Assembly: GCA_963769025.1 (NCBI GenBank)
Contig: CAVYKI010000009.1
Span: 1,248,001 to 1,312,000, forward strand
Direction: 5' to 3'
DNA from: an uncultured Verrucomicrobiae bacterium
Lineage (GTDB): Bacteria > Verrucomicrobiota > Verrucomicrobiia > Chthoniobacterales > Chthoniobacteraceae
DNA length: 64,000 nucleotides
Shown here: one piece after another, positions 33,373 through 45,026 of the stretch
Layout of the letters: each line of letters starts with the position of its first letter
How positions within the stretch are numbered: the first letter of the stretch is position 1
Notes under the pieces: model-generated
Seen by the model: the letters and a program-made list of their open reading frames with translations, nothing else
Told to the model about the DNA's origin: nothing
Database searches by the model: none
Program-made: the position numbers and the translations under genes

Positions 33373-33786
33373 ATGAAACGCCTCCTCCTCACCCTCGCCG
33401 TCGCACTCCTCGCCGGTCCGGCCCTCGCTGACATCCAGGACCCGCCGATGAACGATTACAACTCCACCAGGAAGCTCGGCCGCGCATGGGCGAACATGCT
33501 TTACTCATCGTCTGAAATCGGGATGACCATGCAGCGCGTAAACGAACTCGAAGGAAATTCCGCGGGGGCCACCTACGGCTTCATCAAGGGCGTCAGCCGG
33601 TGGGTCGTCCGCACGGGCACGGGCATCTACGAATTCGTCACCTTTCCATTCCCCCTCAACCGCCGATCCTACCGGCCGATCCTCCGCTCGAACATCCCGT
33701 GGGTCAACGGAGGCTACGAGGAATTCCCGCCCGAGTTTGGCTTCCAGACACGGAAACGGTATACGACCACCTCGGATCGTAACTGA
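33373..33786 (+). CDS. Putative exosortase-system-associated protein (TIGR04073-like)
   Basis: Signal peptide; RKLGR..AN, R...G.YE.VTFPFP pattern. Confidence 0.75.
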   Translation: MKRLLLTLAVALLAGPALADIQDPPMNDYNSTRKLGRAWANMLYSSSEIGMTMQRVNELEGNSAGATYGFIKGVSRWVVRTGTGIYEFVTFPFPLNRRSYRPILRSNIPWVNGGYEEFPPEFGFQTRKRYTTTSDRN

Positions 33787-33864
33787 CACCGGATCGCACT
33801 TTCCCATGGAGGCTTCCGTCCCCAAAGGCGGAAGCCTTCAGCTTTTTCACCCTGTCGCTGCCTG

Positions 33865-34923
33865 ATGCCTGAGCCTGTCGAATTGCAAATTACTGATGTC
33901 GCGTTTGGAGGCGCAGGCGTGGCGAGGCACGAGGGAAAGGTGTACTTCGTCCCGTTCACCGCGCCGGGCGACACCGTCCGCGTGAGGGTCGCGCGGGACC
34001 GCAAGAAGTTCTGCGAGGCGAGCGTGGCCGAAATCGTCACGCCTTCGCCGGATCGCGTCCGGCCGGAATGTCGGTACTTCACGCGTTGCGGAGGGTGCGC
34101 CTACCAGCACATCGCGTATCCGCGGCAGCTGGAATTGAAGCAACGGCAGGTCGAGCAGACGCTCCGCCGCGTCGGGAAATTCGACGAGGTCCCCATGCGC
34201 CCCATCGTACCGGCCCCGCTGCCATACGCATACCGGAACCGCATCCGCGTGCATGTGCAGGACGGCCGACCTGGCTTTTACGCACACCGCTCGCACGAAC
34301 TCGTCCCGATCACGCATTGTGAGATTGCGAAGCCCGCCGTGAACGAAGCGCTGCAGCGAATGCTCCGTTCGGGGGTTCGTGACGGCGACTACACGCTGTT
34401 TGGGGGTACCGGGGAAAACTTCTTCAAGCAGACCAACGACTCCGTCGCGGATGAACTGCTCGCGCTCGTCGAGCGCTCGCTCCTCCGCGGTCAGGCATTG
34501 CTCATCGATGCCTATGCCGGCGCCGGCTTCTTCTCGAACCGGCTCGCGCCTCTCTTCACGGAAGTCATCGGCATCGAGGAGAACGAACATGCCGTCGGCC
34601 GCGCCCGCAGCGGCGCAGCCGCGAACGAACGCCACCTGCTGGGGGACGTGGCGGTCCTCATCTCGGAAGTGCTCACCGCCCATGCGATGGACAAAACCTC
34701 CGTGATTCTCGATCCGCCCGCGACCGGACTTTCCCCGCGCGTGGCCGGTCTCCTCGCCGCGGCACGCCCGGCCGAAATCCTCTACGTGTCCTGCAATCCC
34801 GCGACGCTCGCACGGGACCTCGGCGAATTGCGTTCCACCTACCGGCTCGAATCCGTGACGCCTCTCGACATGTTCCCGCAGACGGCGGAAATCGAAGTGC
34901 TCGCAGCCTTGCGCCTCGCCTAA
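33865..34923 (+). CDS. RNA (uracil-5)-methyltransferase, RlmD/TrmA family with TRAM domain
   Basis: TRAM N-terminus; C..F.RCGGC.YQH, YRNR, LDPP, YVSCNP.TLARD, DMFPQT. Confidence 0.9.
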   Translation: MPEPVELQITDVAFGGAGVARHEGKVYFVPFTAPGDTVRVRVARDRKKFCEASVAEIVTPSPDRVRPECRYFTRCGGCAYQHIAYPRQLELKQRQVEQTLRRVGKFDEVPMRPIVPAPLPYAYRNRIRVHVQDGRPGFYAHRSHELVPITHCEIAKPAVNEALQRMLRSGVRDGDYTLFGGTGENFFKQTNDSVADELLALVERSLLRGQALLIDAYAGAGFFSNRLAPLFTEVIGIEENEHAVGRARSGAAANERHLLGDVAVLISEVLTAHAMDKTSVILDPPATGLSPRVAGLLAAARPAEILYVSCNPATLARDLGELRSTYRLESVTPLDMFPQTAEIEVLAALRLA

Positions 34924-35657
34924 CGCCGCGTCCCGGGTTTCCGCAGATCCTCGAAACGGTCCGGCGTCCAACCCGCGGGATTCCTCGCGGCACCGGATCG
35001 CGTGGGGAGACGAAACGCCTGCCCCACCGACCCGCCTCCCACCGTTTCGTTGTACACCACGAAAGTATTCAGCGGCACTGCCGCGACGGTAGTCGAGGGC
35101 TTCAGACGCCGGTGGGCATTGATGAACTCCACCGGGCTCCAATAGATGCTGTCGTCCTGGGCAAACTGATGCCGTGCCATTCCCACTCGGATGTCCTTCC
35201 GCATCTCCAGATGGAGGTGCGCCTCGTAGCGTCCGCCCGCAGTCCCGATGGTGCCGACCTGCTGCCCGCGCCGGAGCTGCTGGCCGTAACGCACGAGAAT
35301 CCTGTCGAGATGGCCGTAAAGCGAATCCACCAGTCTCTGCCGGCCACCTTCCTCGTACGCGTGCCGCACGATGACCACATTGCCCCAGCCGTGCCCGAAA
35401 TTCTGCGCGAACACCACGACGCCGTGCGCGACGGTATACACGGGGTCACCCAGATCCGTGTCGCCGCCGCGGTTGCCATTCCAGTCCTCGCCAAGGTGAC
35501 CGTGCGCCCGGTAGCCCCGCGAACGGCGGTAGCCTTCGCCGTTGGGTTTTCCGACGGGCAGATCAAATCCGTCCGCTGTGAGCGTTGCCGCAACGTCCGC
35601 CCCGGGCGCGGGGCATCGGAGCAATGCGAGGCAAAGGATCAGGGCGGTGATTCGCAT
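34920..35657 (-). CDS. M23 family metallopeptidase
   Basis: HLGED, YGHL, HLHLE zinc motifs; signal peptide. Confidence 0.9.
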   Translation of the reverse strand: MRITALILCLALLRCPAPGADVAATLTADGFDLPVGKPNGEGYRRSRGYRAHGHLGEDWNGNRGGDTDLGDPVYTVAHGVVVFAQNFGHGWGNVVIVRHAYEEGGRQRLVDSLYGHLDRILVRYGQQLRRGQQVGTIGTAGGRYEAHLHLEMRKDIRVGMARHQFAQDDSIYWSPVEFINAHRRLKPSTTVAAVPLNTFVVYNETVGGGSVGQAFRLPTRSGAARNPAGWTPDRFEDLRKPGTRR

Positions 35658-35709
35658 CGGCAGCGCGCAATCTAGGGAACTGCGGACGCAAAAGGCAAAG
35701 CCGCAATCC

Positions 35710-36498
35710 CTAGCTCACTCCCATGAGAAGGAGCACGACGGCCAATACGATCCGGTAGATGCCAAAGCCGATGAACGTGTGACTCTGCACGTAGCGCAGA
35801 AGCCATTTCACCGCGATGAACGAGACCACGGCCGCGACGACTGCGGCCACCGCAAGGACCGCCCAGTCTTCTTGCGGCGCACCCGCGACCGGGTGGCGGA
35901 GCTCCTTGAAAATCTTCAGCGCGCTCGCAGCGAGCATCGTGGGGATGCCGACGAGGAATGAGAATTCCGTGGCCGCGGGCCGCGCCGCGCCGAGCATCAG
36001 GGCAAAAATAATCGTCGAGCCAGAACGGGAGGCACCGGGGAAAACCGCGGCGACGAGCTGCGCAAGGCCGATGGCCACCGCGACTTTCCATGAGATGTCA
36101 TCCGTTCCCTTGCGCCCCCGGTGGAACAGTTCGACCACGATGAAGAGTATGCCGCCGACAAGCAGCGCAACAGCGACCGGGATGACCTGCTCGGGAAGCT
36201 TGAATCCTTTTTTCTCCAGAATGAATCCCCCGACGCCCGTGATGAAAAATGCCACCGCGATTTTGGCCATCAACAGCCGGCTCGCAGATTCGCGCCAGTG
36301 GCTCAGCATTTTCAACCTCCCGCGGAACAACGGCAGGACCGCCAGCACCGCCCCGGCCTGGATGACGATATTAAACAGGTCGCTCTGCCGAGGCAGCCAG
36401 TGCTCGGCGATGAGAAGGTGTCCTGTCGATGAAACCGGGATGAACTCCGTAATCCCCTCAACGATCCCGAGAATGATGGCTACGAGCCAAATGGACAT
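35710..36498 (-). CDS. uppP: Undecaprenyl-diphosphate phosphatase
   Basis: GIVEGITEFIPVSSTGHL, PGASRSGSTI. Confidence 0.95.
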   Translation of the reverse strand: MSIWLVAIILGIVEGITEFIPVSSTGHLLIAEHWLPRQSDLFNIVIQAGAVLAVLPLFRGRLKMLSHWRESASRLLMAKIAVAFFITGVGGFILEKKGFKLPEQVIPVAVALLVGGILFIVVELFHRGRKGTDDISWKVAVAIGLAQLVAAVFPGASRSGSTIIFALMLGAARPAATEFSFLVGIPTMLAASALKIFKELRHPVAGAPQEDWAVLAVAAVVAAVVSFIAVKWLLRYVQSHTFIGFGIYRIVLAVVLLLMGVS

Positions 36499-36540
36499 GG
36501 AGAAGCGTGGAACTGCGTGTGGCGGGCGGAATGCGCCGCC

Positions 36541-36945
<405 letters not shown>

Positions 36946-37239
36946 TCACCAGAGCCGTGCCCGGCCCGCCGCGAACATGGCTTTCCACAGCCACCAAAAC
37001 AGCGCGAGCACGGCGATGAGCGCGACGATCCGCCAAAATGGATGCAACCCCGGCTTTGATCCCCAGCGCACCTTGCCGCGATCGTCCTCATGCGCCTCAT
37101 CCAGAAAATCGAGGCCGTCGTACACCTCGGCGTTTTCCTTCCAGCCGGATTCATGGCACGCGCCGCATTCCGGGCACGCCACGGCACTCGGCGGGACCGC
37201 TGCGCCACAGACCGGGCAGACTGGCGGCGGCTTACGCAT
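36946..37239 (-). CDS. Small zinc-ribbon membrane-anchored protein
   Basis: CPVCG...CPECGA; C-terminal TM. Confidence 0.7.
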   Translation of the reverse strand: MRKPPPVCPVCGAAVPPSAVACPECGACHESGWKENAEVYDGLDFLDEAHEDDRGKVRWGSKPGLHPFWRIVALIAVLALFWWLWKAMFAAGRARLW

Positions 37240-38032
37240 CGCCACGCTCGTTGGCGCGGACAAATGCCGCATTCACCTGGTGGCGTTTGCCGAGCGCCGC
37301 GCGCAGCGGATCGTCCGCCTCATCGCTGAATCCGTAATGCAGGTGCCGCACCCAGCCCTCGGCATGCGCGAATCCCCGCGCCTGCTTCCCCATCGCCCGC
37401 GAAAAATCGTCCATCGTGCGCAGGTAGCTGTCCATGCCCTGCGTCTTGTCGAGCCACTCCTTCTGCGAGGCATGGCATGCGAGCGCCTCACGCTTGCGTG
37501 CGTGGACGCCCGTCGTGTTCACAAACGCCTCTGGAAAGACGCGCCGCCGCACCGGCGTGCGCTGCCCGTGCGGCATCGCGTGATAGATGACGCACGGCTC
37601 CAGCCACGGCGCCCGTTGCGGCTGCGATCGGTAGTTCGGAATCCCACGCGTGAATGCCGCCGTGACCGCGAGGCGCGCGGTGATCATGTGATCCTCCATG
37701 TAGTCCTGCAGCGCGTGGGTCAAAATCACGGTCGGCTTCGCCGCTCGCACGACAGAGCACACCCGGCGGATGTTTTCCTCCGTGTAGAAAATGCAGAGGT
37801 CGTCGCAAATCGGCGCATGCCACCGGGCGTCCATCATTTTCGCCGCGGCCTTCGCCTCGTTGCGCCGGGTGCGCGCCGTCTGCGCCGCGGTCATCACCGT
37901 GCTGCCCATGTTGCCGTTCGAGAGATTGCAGCAATGAATCGTCCAGCCCGCATCCCGCAGCAGCAGGAGCGTCCCGGCCATGACGAACTCGATATCATCT
38001 GGGTGTGCGGCAATCGCCAGTGCGGAAGGCAT
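37232..38032 (-). CDS. PIG-L / LmbE family deacetylase
   Basis: AHPDDIE, DYMEDH, ALACHASQ. Confidence 0.9.
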   Translation of the reverse strand: MPSALAIAAHPDDIEFVMAGTLLLLRDAGWTIHCCNLSNGNMGSTVMTAAQTARTRRNEAKAAAKMMDARWHAPICDDLCIFYTEENIRRVCSVVRAAKPTVILTHALQDYMEDHMITARLAVTAAFTRGIPNYRSQPQRAPWLEPCVIYHAMPHGQRTPVRRRVFPEAFVNTTGVHARKREALACHASQKEWLDKTQGMDSYLRTMDDFSRAMGKQARGFAHAEGWVRHLHYGFSDEADDPLRAALGKRHQVNAAFVRANERGDA

Positions 38033-38129
38033 GCCGCGTAGATTGGGTCGCCGCGGCTTTTTTGCCGAGCGGAAACATCCGCGCCCCGTACTTGCACCGC
38101 GCGCCGGGGGTCGCTTAATTCCCCGCCCG

Positions 38130-38411
38130 ATGCGTCCAGTGATTTGCAAATGCCCAAACCATAATGGCTGCCTGCTCGGCTACCACGGTGACGATATCGA
38201 GATCACCCGCGACATGCCGCTTGTGTGCCCCGAATGCGGAACGCCGGTGAAGGTCGCACCGAAACCGCGCAACGACCTGTTCTACCGCGTGCTCAATCTC
38301 ATCGGGATGGCTGCGGTCGCAGGCGCGATTTGGTTCGCGTGGCCCTCGCTGGTGATTCTTTGGCACAAGGTGACCACCCCGCCGCAGCGGCAGGCGCCCG
38401 CGAAGCACTGA
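38130..38411 (+). CDS. Small Cys-rich membrane-anchored protein
   Basis: CPN...C and CPECG; single TM. Confidence 0.6.
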   Translation: MRPVICKCPNHNGCLLGYHGDDIEITRDMPLVCPECGTPVKVAPKPRNDLFYRVLNLIGMAAVAGAIWFAWPSLVILWHKVTTPPQRQAPAKH

Positions 38412-38453
38412 GCCGCGAACGCGCCTTGCCGCGCTAGGAAAGAGTCGGCCGGA

Positions 38454-39485
38454 TCAGGCTCCCATGCCCGCCTCAAAGCTCCCCGCGGCCTGCGGCCAGC
38501 ACAGGTTCTCCTTCACGTAGCGGATGCCGTCGGCGGAGCAGAAATCGAGATCCTTGTGCGCGCTCTCGGCCTCGACGACCAGCGGCGCGGACTTCGTGCC
38601 ATGCAGCTTGCAGTAGCGGTCCTGGTAGCCCACGTGCAGCAGCAGTTCCACATAGCGCTGCATGTTCAGATCGCCGCTGCCGAGGTCGGTGAACTGCATC
38701 GCGCGGCGCGGCCAGTTCGCCTGCATCGCGCGCAGCGGGAAGCCGGGGCGGATCACGAAATTCTTCACGTGCGCCGCGTAGATGCGGCTGCCCACCTTTA
38801 GGAAGCGCTGCTCCCAGCCTTCGCCCTCCCAGCAGTGCGACGGGTCCGCATTTACCGCGAGCGTCTTGTCGCCGTCGCAGGTGTCCACGAGCATGTTAAA
38901 ATCATCCGCGCACGACGCCGCGGTGCCGGGATGGATTTCGTGGCAGAGATAAATGCCGAGCTTCCGCGCGTGGTCGCGCAGCTTCTGCGTCTTCTTCACA
39001 AAGCGCGCCTTTCCCTCCTCCAGCAGGTCGAAGCCGCCGCCGCTCCAGAATCCCCACGGATACCCCGTCGCCATCTCCCAGCCAAACGCCACGCCCCAGA
39101 ACATCGGCAGCGATTTCACGCCCAACTCCGCGGCGAGATCCATCAGCTTCAGAAGATAGGTCTCGTGCCACTTCTCGATCTTCTCCGGCGACAGCTTCAC
39201 CACGTCCGGCGCGATGAAAGGATTCCCGCTCTTCGTCCCCGTCCAGATCGACGTGTGCACCCAAAATGGGCAGTGCGCCGAAATGCCGTCCAGCTTCATC
39301 CCGCGGCTGTCGAAGGCCTCGCGAATCTCCTTCGCCTTCTTCAGCCCCTTCGGGCCGTTCAGCATGTAATTGCTCGGCTGCGCGCCCGCCGCACCGGCGC
39401 CCTTCGCATAGTCGAGAAACTGTTCGAGGGATTTCGCGCCGTGCTGTGCGCCTTCGATGGAGGGATGGTAAGCGTTCTTGGACAT
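38454..39485 (-). CDS. Sugar phosphate isomerase/epimerase (xylose isomerase-like TIM barrel)
   Basis: HEIHP, DPSH, HVK, VEAE metal-binding motifs. Confidence 0.85.
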   Translation of the reverse strand: MSKNAYHPSIEGAQHGAKSLEQFLDYAKGAGAAGAQPSNYMLNGPKGLKKAKEIREAFDSRGMKLDGISAHCPFWVHTSIWTGTKSGNPFIAPDVVKLSPEKIEKWHETYLLKLMDLAAELGVKSLPMFWGVAFGWEMATGYPWGFWSGGGFDLLEEGKARFVKKTQKLRDHARKLGIYLCHEIHPGTAASCADDFNMLVDTCDGDKTLAVNADPSHCWEGEGWEQRFLKVGSRIYAAHVKNFVIRPGFPLRAMQANWPRRAMQFTDLGSGDLNMQRYVELLLHVGYQDRYCKLHGTKSAPLVVEAESAHKDLDFCSADGIRYVKENLCWPQAAGSFEAGMGA

Positions 39486-39630
39486 GGTGGGATCGGTTCG
39501 GACTGCGCGGCTTACCCGCCCGCGCGTTCCTTGGCAAACGGAAACCTGCGCACGATTGCCAACCGCGCACCGTGCGAATCCGAGGCCTTCAACCCACGCG
39601 CTTTGCCATTCTCGGCGATCCCGGAAATCG

Positions 39631-40916
39631 CTACTTCCCTGCGGCACCGATGGCCCAGAGCGCATCGAAACCGCGCAGGTAGATCCGGCCATTGGAGATC
39701 GCCGGTGATGCCGTGAACTGATCCGGCAGCTTGTTCTTCGCGAGAATCTTCAGCTCGGGCCCCGCTTCCACGACTGTGAAAGTGCCGTCCTTCGCGGTCA
39801 GATAGATCCGCCCGTCGGCGGCGACCGGCGACGCCCGGTAGGTCTGGGCGTGGGCGCGGTCCGAGTAGATCTGCGCGCCGGTTCCCGCATCGAGGCACGT
39901 GAGCACGCCATTCTCGCGGCAAAGATACACGCGGCCTCCGTAAATGACCGGCGATGGCACATCCGGCGTGCCCCTCTCCATCCGCCATGCCTCGCCCGGC
40001 GAGCCCGCTCCCAGCAAGGCCGGCGGCATCCGGCTTCACACCGACGACCGGCCCGTTCTTCGCCGTCGGGATCACGATGAGATTTTCCAGCGCGACCGGC
40101 GAGGCCACGAAGCGCAGCGTGCTGTTGTACCGGCCTTTTGGGTTGAGGTCGCCCACACGCCACACTTCCGCGCCGTCGGCGAGGTTGTGCGCCACCGCGT
40201 AGTCATTGCCGTGCGTGATGAGACGGGCCTCCCCTCCCCGCTGCCAGAGGCAGGGTGAAGCATAGGAATGCAGGCATTCGCTGTGGCCGTCGCTCTTGCG
40301 TTCCACTTTCCAAATCTCCGCGCCAGTCGCCGCATCGAGCGCGACGACGACGGCCGCCTTGGCGTGGATGAGTTGGAGGTAAAGCCGGCCCTCGTGGAGC
40401 AGACGGCGTCGTGTGCATGCCGAAGCCGTACGCGAACTTCCCGTAGCGATCCTGCGCATCGAAGCGCCAGACTTCTTTGCCTGAAAAATCGAACGCCGCG
40501 AAGTCGCCGCTCCCCACATAGGCATAGACGAGTTTGCCGTCCGTGCTCGGCGACGGTGTCGCGCCGTTCCCCTCGCCGCCGCGGGCTTTCTTGCCATCGG
40601 CGCCGACTTTCGCCTTCCACTGCTCCCGCCCGTCCGTGCCGATGCAAAGCAGGACAAGGTCATCCCCTTGCTCGCTCGTCACAAAAATCCTGTCACCCCA
40701 CACAGCCGGAGTCGCAGCGCCGACGCCGGGGAGCGGTGTTTTCCAGAGCACGTTCTTCGATTCGTTCCATTCGATTGGAAGATTCTTCCCGGTGCTGACT
40801 GCATCGTGTTTCGGCCCGCGCCAAGCGGGCCAGTTTTCCGCGCGTGCGGAAATGGTGGTGGCAAGGATTGCGGCAACGCATGCCAGCGATTTGGAGAGTC
40901 GGTTGTTCGGGTTCAT
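39631..40916 (-). CDS. PQQ-like beta-propeller repeat protein (frameshifts)
   Basis: AENWPAWRGP, WKTPLPG, ASPVAADGRIY, ASPAISNGRIYLRG. Confidence 0.88.
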
Positions 40917-40995
40917 GTGGGGGAAATTTCGAGTTTCGCGAGTGGGCGAAGGCATGGATTTTTGCGCGACCGCCGGTTGCGGCGCACGTCGCTCC

Positions 40996-42256
40996 CTACA
41001 CCTTCACCCGCTCGATCCGTGCTCCGAGGGCGTTGAGCTTTTCGTCGATGGATTCGTAGCCGCGGTCGATGTGATAGACGCGGTTCACCTCGGTGATCCC
41101 TTCCGCCTGCATTCCCGCGAGGACGAGCGCGGCGCTGGCGCGCAGATCGCTGGCCATCACCGGCGCGCCGCTGAGGTGATCGACGCCTTGGATGATCGCG
41201 GTGTGCCCGTCGAGCGAGATATTGGCGCCCATGCGCTTGAGTTCGCTGATGTGCATGTAGCGCTGCGGAAAGACGGTTTCGCTGATGACGCTGATGCCGC
41301 TCGTCTTGCAAAGGAGCGCGCACATCTGCGCCTGCATGTCCGTCGGGAATCCCGGGTACGGTTCGGTGGTCAGCCGCAGCGGCTTCGGGTTGCCATTGCC
41401 ATGCACGGTCACGGAGTCCGCTGTCGTTTCGACCGCGTAGCCGCTCTCGCGCACCGCCGCGATGACGCTCGCCGAGATGCTCCGGCACGACCCGGTTCAG
41501 CCGGACCTCGCCGCCCATCATCGCTCCCGCGACGAGGTAGGTGCCGGCCTCGATGCGATCCGGGATCACGCTGTGTTCCGCGCCGTGCAGTTCCTTCACG
41601 CCTTCGATGACGATGCGCCGCGTGCCGGCGCCCTGGATCTTCGCGCCCATCTTGTTGAGGAAATTCGCGAGATCCACGACCTCCGGCTCGGCGGCGGCGC
41701 TGTCGATGATGGTCGTGCCCTCGGCGAGCACCGCGGCCATCATCACGTTGTCCGTACCGAGGACGGTGGGGCCCTGTTTGCCGCGGAGGTTCATTTGCGC
41801 GCCACGGAGTTCGCTCGCAAAAATCTTCACATTGCCGTGCTCGATGCGGTTCACCGCGCCCAGCGCCTCGAAGCCCTTGAGGTGAAGGTCGATCGGCCGA
41901 TCGCCGATCACGCAGCCGCCGGGAAGCGAAACGACCGCCTCCTTCTGCCTGCCGAGCAGCGGCCCAAGCACGCAGACGGATGCGCGCATTTTCCGCACAA
42001 TCTCGTAGGGAGCCTCCGACTTGATGTTCTCCGCCTCGACCCGGACCGTGCCGCTGGCGCGCTCCACACTCGCGCCGAGATGCGAGAGGATCTGGAGCAT
42101 GTAGTGGATGTCCGAGAGGTCGGGCACGTTGGAGATCGTGCAAGGCTCCTTCGTGAGAAGGGTCGCAGCGAGGATGGGCAGCGCGCTGTTTTTGCTGCCG
42201 GAGATGCGGACGCTTCCGTTGAGCTTGTGGCCGCCGTGCACGAGAATTTTATCCAT
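40996..42256 (-). CDS. murA: UDP-N-acetylglucosamine 1-carboxyvinyltransferase (frameshift near 41470)
   Basis: [60 protein letters not shown]. Confidence 0.96.
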
Positions 42257-43103
42257 GGGTCGTAAAGAGGAAACGTTCGCGGTCCTGGTGATCTTTCATG
42301 ATTTTTCCAACGGAAAATCCATGCGCCGGCAGTTCGGCTGAGAGCAGCGTAGCCTGTCCCAGACCGACTTCCATGGCGAGAATACCGCCGGTCCGCATTT
42401 TCGCGGCAGCCTCGGGCAGCAGTCGCCGGATGATCGCCAGCCCGTCTGCCCCGCCATCGAGCGCGGTTGCCGGCTCGCGCTGCACCTCGGTTTGGAGTCC
42501 GGCCAATTCCGACGTCGGGATGTAAGGCAGGTTCGCAACGACGAGATCCAGCGGACCGTCCACGGCAGAGAGCAGATCGCTTTTTGTGAAGGTAACGCGT
42601 CCGGCGAGTTCCGTCAGCGAGGCGTTCTCGCGTGCGAGGGCAAGGGCGTCATCCGAGGCATCGAGACCGGTCACCTGCGCCCCGGGCAGCTTCGCCGCGA
42701 GCGCGAGCGCGATGCATCCGCTGCCCGTGCCGACATCCACGATCCGCCCCGCCTTCCAAAGGCACTCTGGCGCGGCTGCCTGGATGGCGAGGATCTCGCA
42801 GAGCTGCTCCGTTTCCGGGCGTGGGATGAGCGCACGCGCATCGCTTTTCAGCGTGAGGCCGAGAAATTCCACGGTGCCGAGCAGGTGCTGGAGCGGCTCG
42901 CGCAGCGCGCGGCGGCGGACAAGATCGCGCAACGGGCCGAGTTCCTTCTCCCCCAGCGGCCGGTCAAATTCGAGATAGAGGTCCATGCGCCGCTTGCCCA
43001 TCACGTGCGCGAGCAGATGCTCGATGTTCAGGCGCGGGCTCTCGACGCCGCTGTTGCGAAAATAGTCCGTCGTCGCGGTGATCACTTCGAGCACGGTCTT
43101 CAT
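42249..43103 (-). CDS. prmC: Release factor glutamine methyltransferase
   Basis: EPLQH, LIPRPETE, DVGTGSGCIA, NLPY, ALDGG.DGL. Confidence 0.93.
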   Translation of the reverse strand: MKTVLEVITATTDYFRNSGVESPRLNIEHLLAHVMGKRRMDLYLEFDRPLGEKELGPLRDLVRRRALREPLQHLLGTVEFLGLTLKSDARALIPRPETEQLCEILAIQAAAPECLWKAGRIVDVGTGSGCIALALAAKLPGAQVTGLDASDDALALARENASLTELAGRVTFTKSDLLSAVDGPLDLVVANLPYIPTSELAGLQTEVQREPATALDGGADGLAIIRRLLPEAAAKMRTGGILAMEVGLGQATLLSAELPAHGFSVGKIMKDHQDRERFLFTTHG

Positions 43104-43120
43104 GGTCGCCGGCTTCGTCA

Positions 43121-43864
43121 CTACACGGCGGACTGAAGCTCGTGATTCAGGACGCTCACACAGTAAATCGCCGCAGTCTCCGTCCGAAGAATGATCGGGC
43201 CGAGCGTGATCGGACGGCAGCCGTGGCCCTTGGCGAGCGCGAGTTCCGCCGGAGTAAAATCACCCTCGGGTCCCACGAGGATGAGCACGCTCTTCGGGCG
43301 CTTCGGCCCGAACTCCGCGATGACCTGCTTGAACGGCCGCGCGTCGGCCTGAAGCGAGCCGATGAGCATCAGATCAAAACGCTCGTTCCTCTCGAAAAGC
43401 GCCCGCGGCGTGCAAGGCTGCGCCACCCGCGGAAGAAAATTCTGCCCGCACTGCTTGCACGCCTCGATCGCCGTGCGCTGCCATTTCGCAAGCTTGCGGA
43501 CGTGATCCTCCTCGGAGCCGCGAACCACGGTCCGCTCGCTCATCAGCGGCGCAATCGCCGCCACGCCGAGTTCCGTCGCCTTCTCGATGATCAGCTCCAT
43601 GTTCTTCCCCTTCGGCACCGCCTGCGCGAGCGTGATTGCGCAGGGCAGCGGCGCGGTCTTCCCCATCGAGATTTTCCGCAACTCGGTGCCCGACTTGCCG
43701 CGCTTGAGCATTTCCACCTCGGCCTCGTTCCCCGTTCCGTCAAAAACGGTCGCGCGCTCACCTGCCTTCATCCGCAGCACGTCGAATGCGTGGTGACTCT
43801 CCGTGGCGTCGAGCGCGAGTCGGTCCGGATTCCACGCGTTCGCGGAAATGTAGAAGCGCGGCAT
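43121..43864 (-). CDS. rsmE: 16S rRNA m3U1498 methyltransferase
   Basis: HH...VLR, EKATELG, EACKQCG, VGPEGDF, LGPIILRTETA. Confidence 0.94.
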   Translation of the reverse strand: MPRFYISANAWNPDRLALDATESHHAFDVLRMKAGERATVFDGTGNEAEVEMLKRGKSGTELRKISMGKTAPLPCAITLAQAVPKGKNMELIIEKATELGVAAIAPLMSERTVVRGSEEDHVRKLAKWQRTAIEACKQCGQNFLPRVAQPCTPRALFERNERFDLMLIGSLQADARPFKQVIAEFGPKRPKSVLILVGPEGDFTPAELALAKGHGCRPITLGPIILRTETAAIYCVSVLNHELQSAV

Positions 43865-43866
43865 GG

Positions 43867-45012
43867 CTACTGGAAAAACTCGCGCGCCCGCTCGAGGAAG
43901 CTCTTGTGCGGCGGCGGCACCTCGTCGCCGAGGAGCTCCGCGAATTCCTGCAACTTGTGCTTCTGCTCGGCTGTGAGTTTTTTCGGCACGGCGATCACCG
44001 CACGCACGAGCAGATCGCCCGTGCCCCCGGTGTTCAGCTCCGGCATGCCTTTTCCGCGCAATTTGAAAACAGTCCCGCTCTGCGTGCCGGCGGGCACCTT
44101 CAGCGATGTCTCGCCGTGCAGTGTCGGCACCTTGAGTTCCCCGCCGAGCGTCGCCATGGCGAAGCTGATCGGCAGGTCGCAAAAGAGATTAGATTCCTCG
44201 CGCTCGAAAATTTCGTGCTCCTTGACGTGAATGACCACGTAGAGGTCTCCATTCTGCCCGCCGCGGATGCCGGCCTCTCCGTTTCCAGTGCTGCGCAAAC
44301 GCGAGCCGTCCTCGATGCCCGGCGGGATCTTCAATTTGATGCGCGTGCTTTGCTCGGAGCGGCCTTCGCCGCGGCACTCGCCGCACGGCTTTTCCACCGT
44401 CTGCCCCGTTCCGCGGCAGCGCGGGCATGTCTGAGAGACTTGGAAAAATCCGCGCGAACTCACGACCTGGCCGCGGCCGCCGCACGTCTGGCAGGTCACG
44501 ACACGCGAGCCCTTCTCCGCACCACTTCCATGGCAGGCCCCGCAGGCGCTCTGTTTCGATACCTCGATTTCCTTCTCCGCGCCGAACGCCGCTTCTTCGA
44601 GCGTGATCTGCATGTCGTAGCGCAGGTCGCTGCCGCGCTGGCGGCTCTCGCGATCCTGCCGCCCGCCGCCTCCGCCGAAGAATTGCTCAAAAATCCCGCC
44701 TCCTCCGCCTCCTCCGCCGAACACCTCGCGGAAAATATCCATCGGGTCATGGAATCCTCCCCCGCCCCGCGACGCACCACCTTGAGCAAATGCCGCATGC
44801 CCGTACCGGTCATACGCCGCGCGTTTGTCCGGATCGGAGAGCGCCTCGTAAGCCTCGCCGAGCTCCTTGAAATTGTCCTCCGCCTTGTGGTCGTTCGGAT
44901 TCTTGTCCGGATGCAGCTTCACCGCGAGTTTGCGGTACGCCTTCTTGATCTCCTCCGCGGGTGCCCCTTTGGCAACGCCGAGGATTTCGTAATAATCTCG
45001 TTTTTTCGACAT
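43867..45012 (-). CDS. dnaJ: Chaperone DnaJ
   Basis: J domain with HPD, G/F region, four CxxCxGxG repeats. Confidence 0.97.
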   Translation of the reverse strand: MSKKRDYYEILGVAKGAPAEEIKKAYRKLAVKLHPDKNPNDHKAEDNFKELGEAYEALSDPDKRAAYDRYGHAAFAQGGASRGGGGFHDPMDIFREVFGGGGGGGGIFEQFFGGGGGRQDRESRQRGSDLRYDMQITLEEAAFGAEKEIEVSKQSACGACHGSGAEKGSRVVTCQTCGGRGQVVSSRGFFQVSQTCPRCRGTGQTVEKPCGECRGEGRSEQSTRIKLKIPPGIEDGSRLRSTGNGEAGIRGGQNGDLYVVIHVKEHEIFEREESNLFCDLPISFAMATLGGELKVPTLHGETSLKVPAGTQSGTVFKLRGKGMPELNTGGTGDLLVRAVIAVPKKLTAEQKHKLQEFAELLGDEVPPPHKSFLERAREFFQ

Positions 45013-45026
45013 TCGATGAGTCCCCT

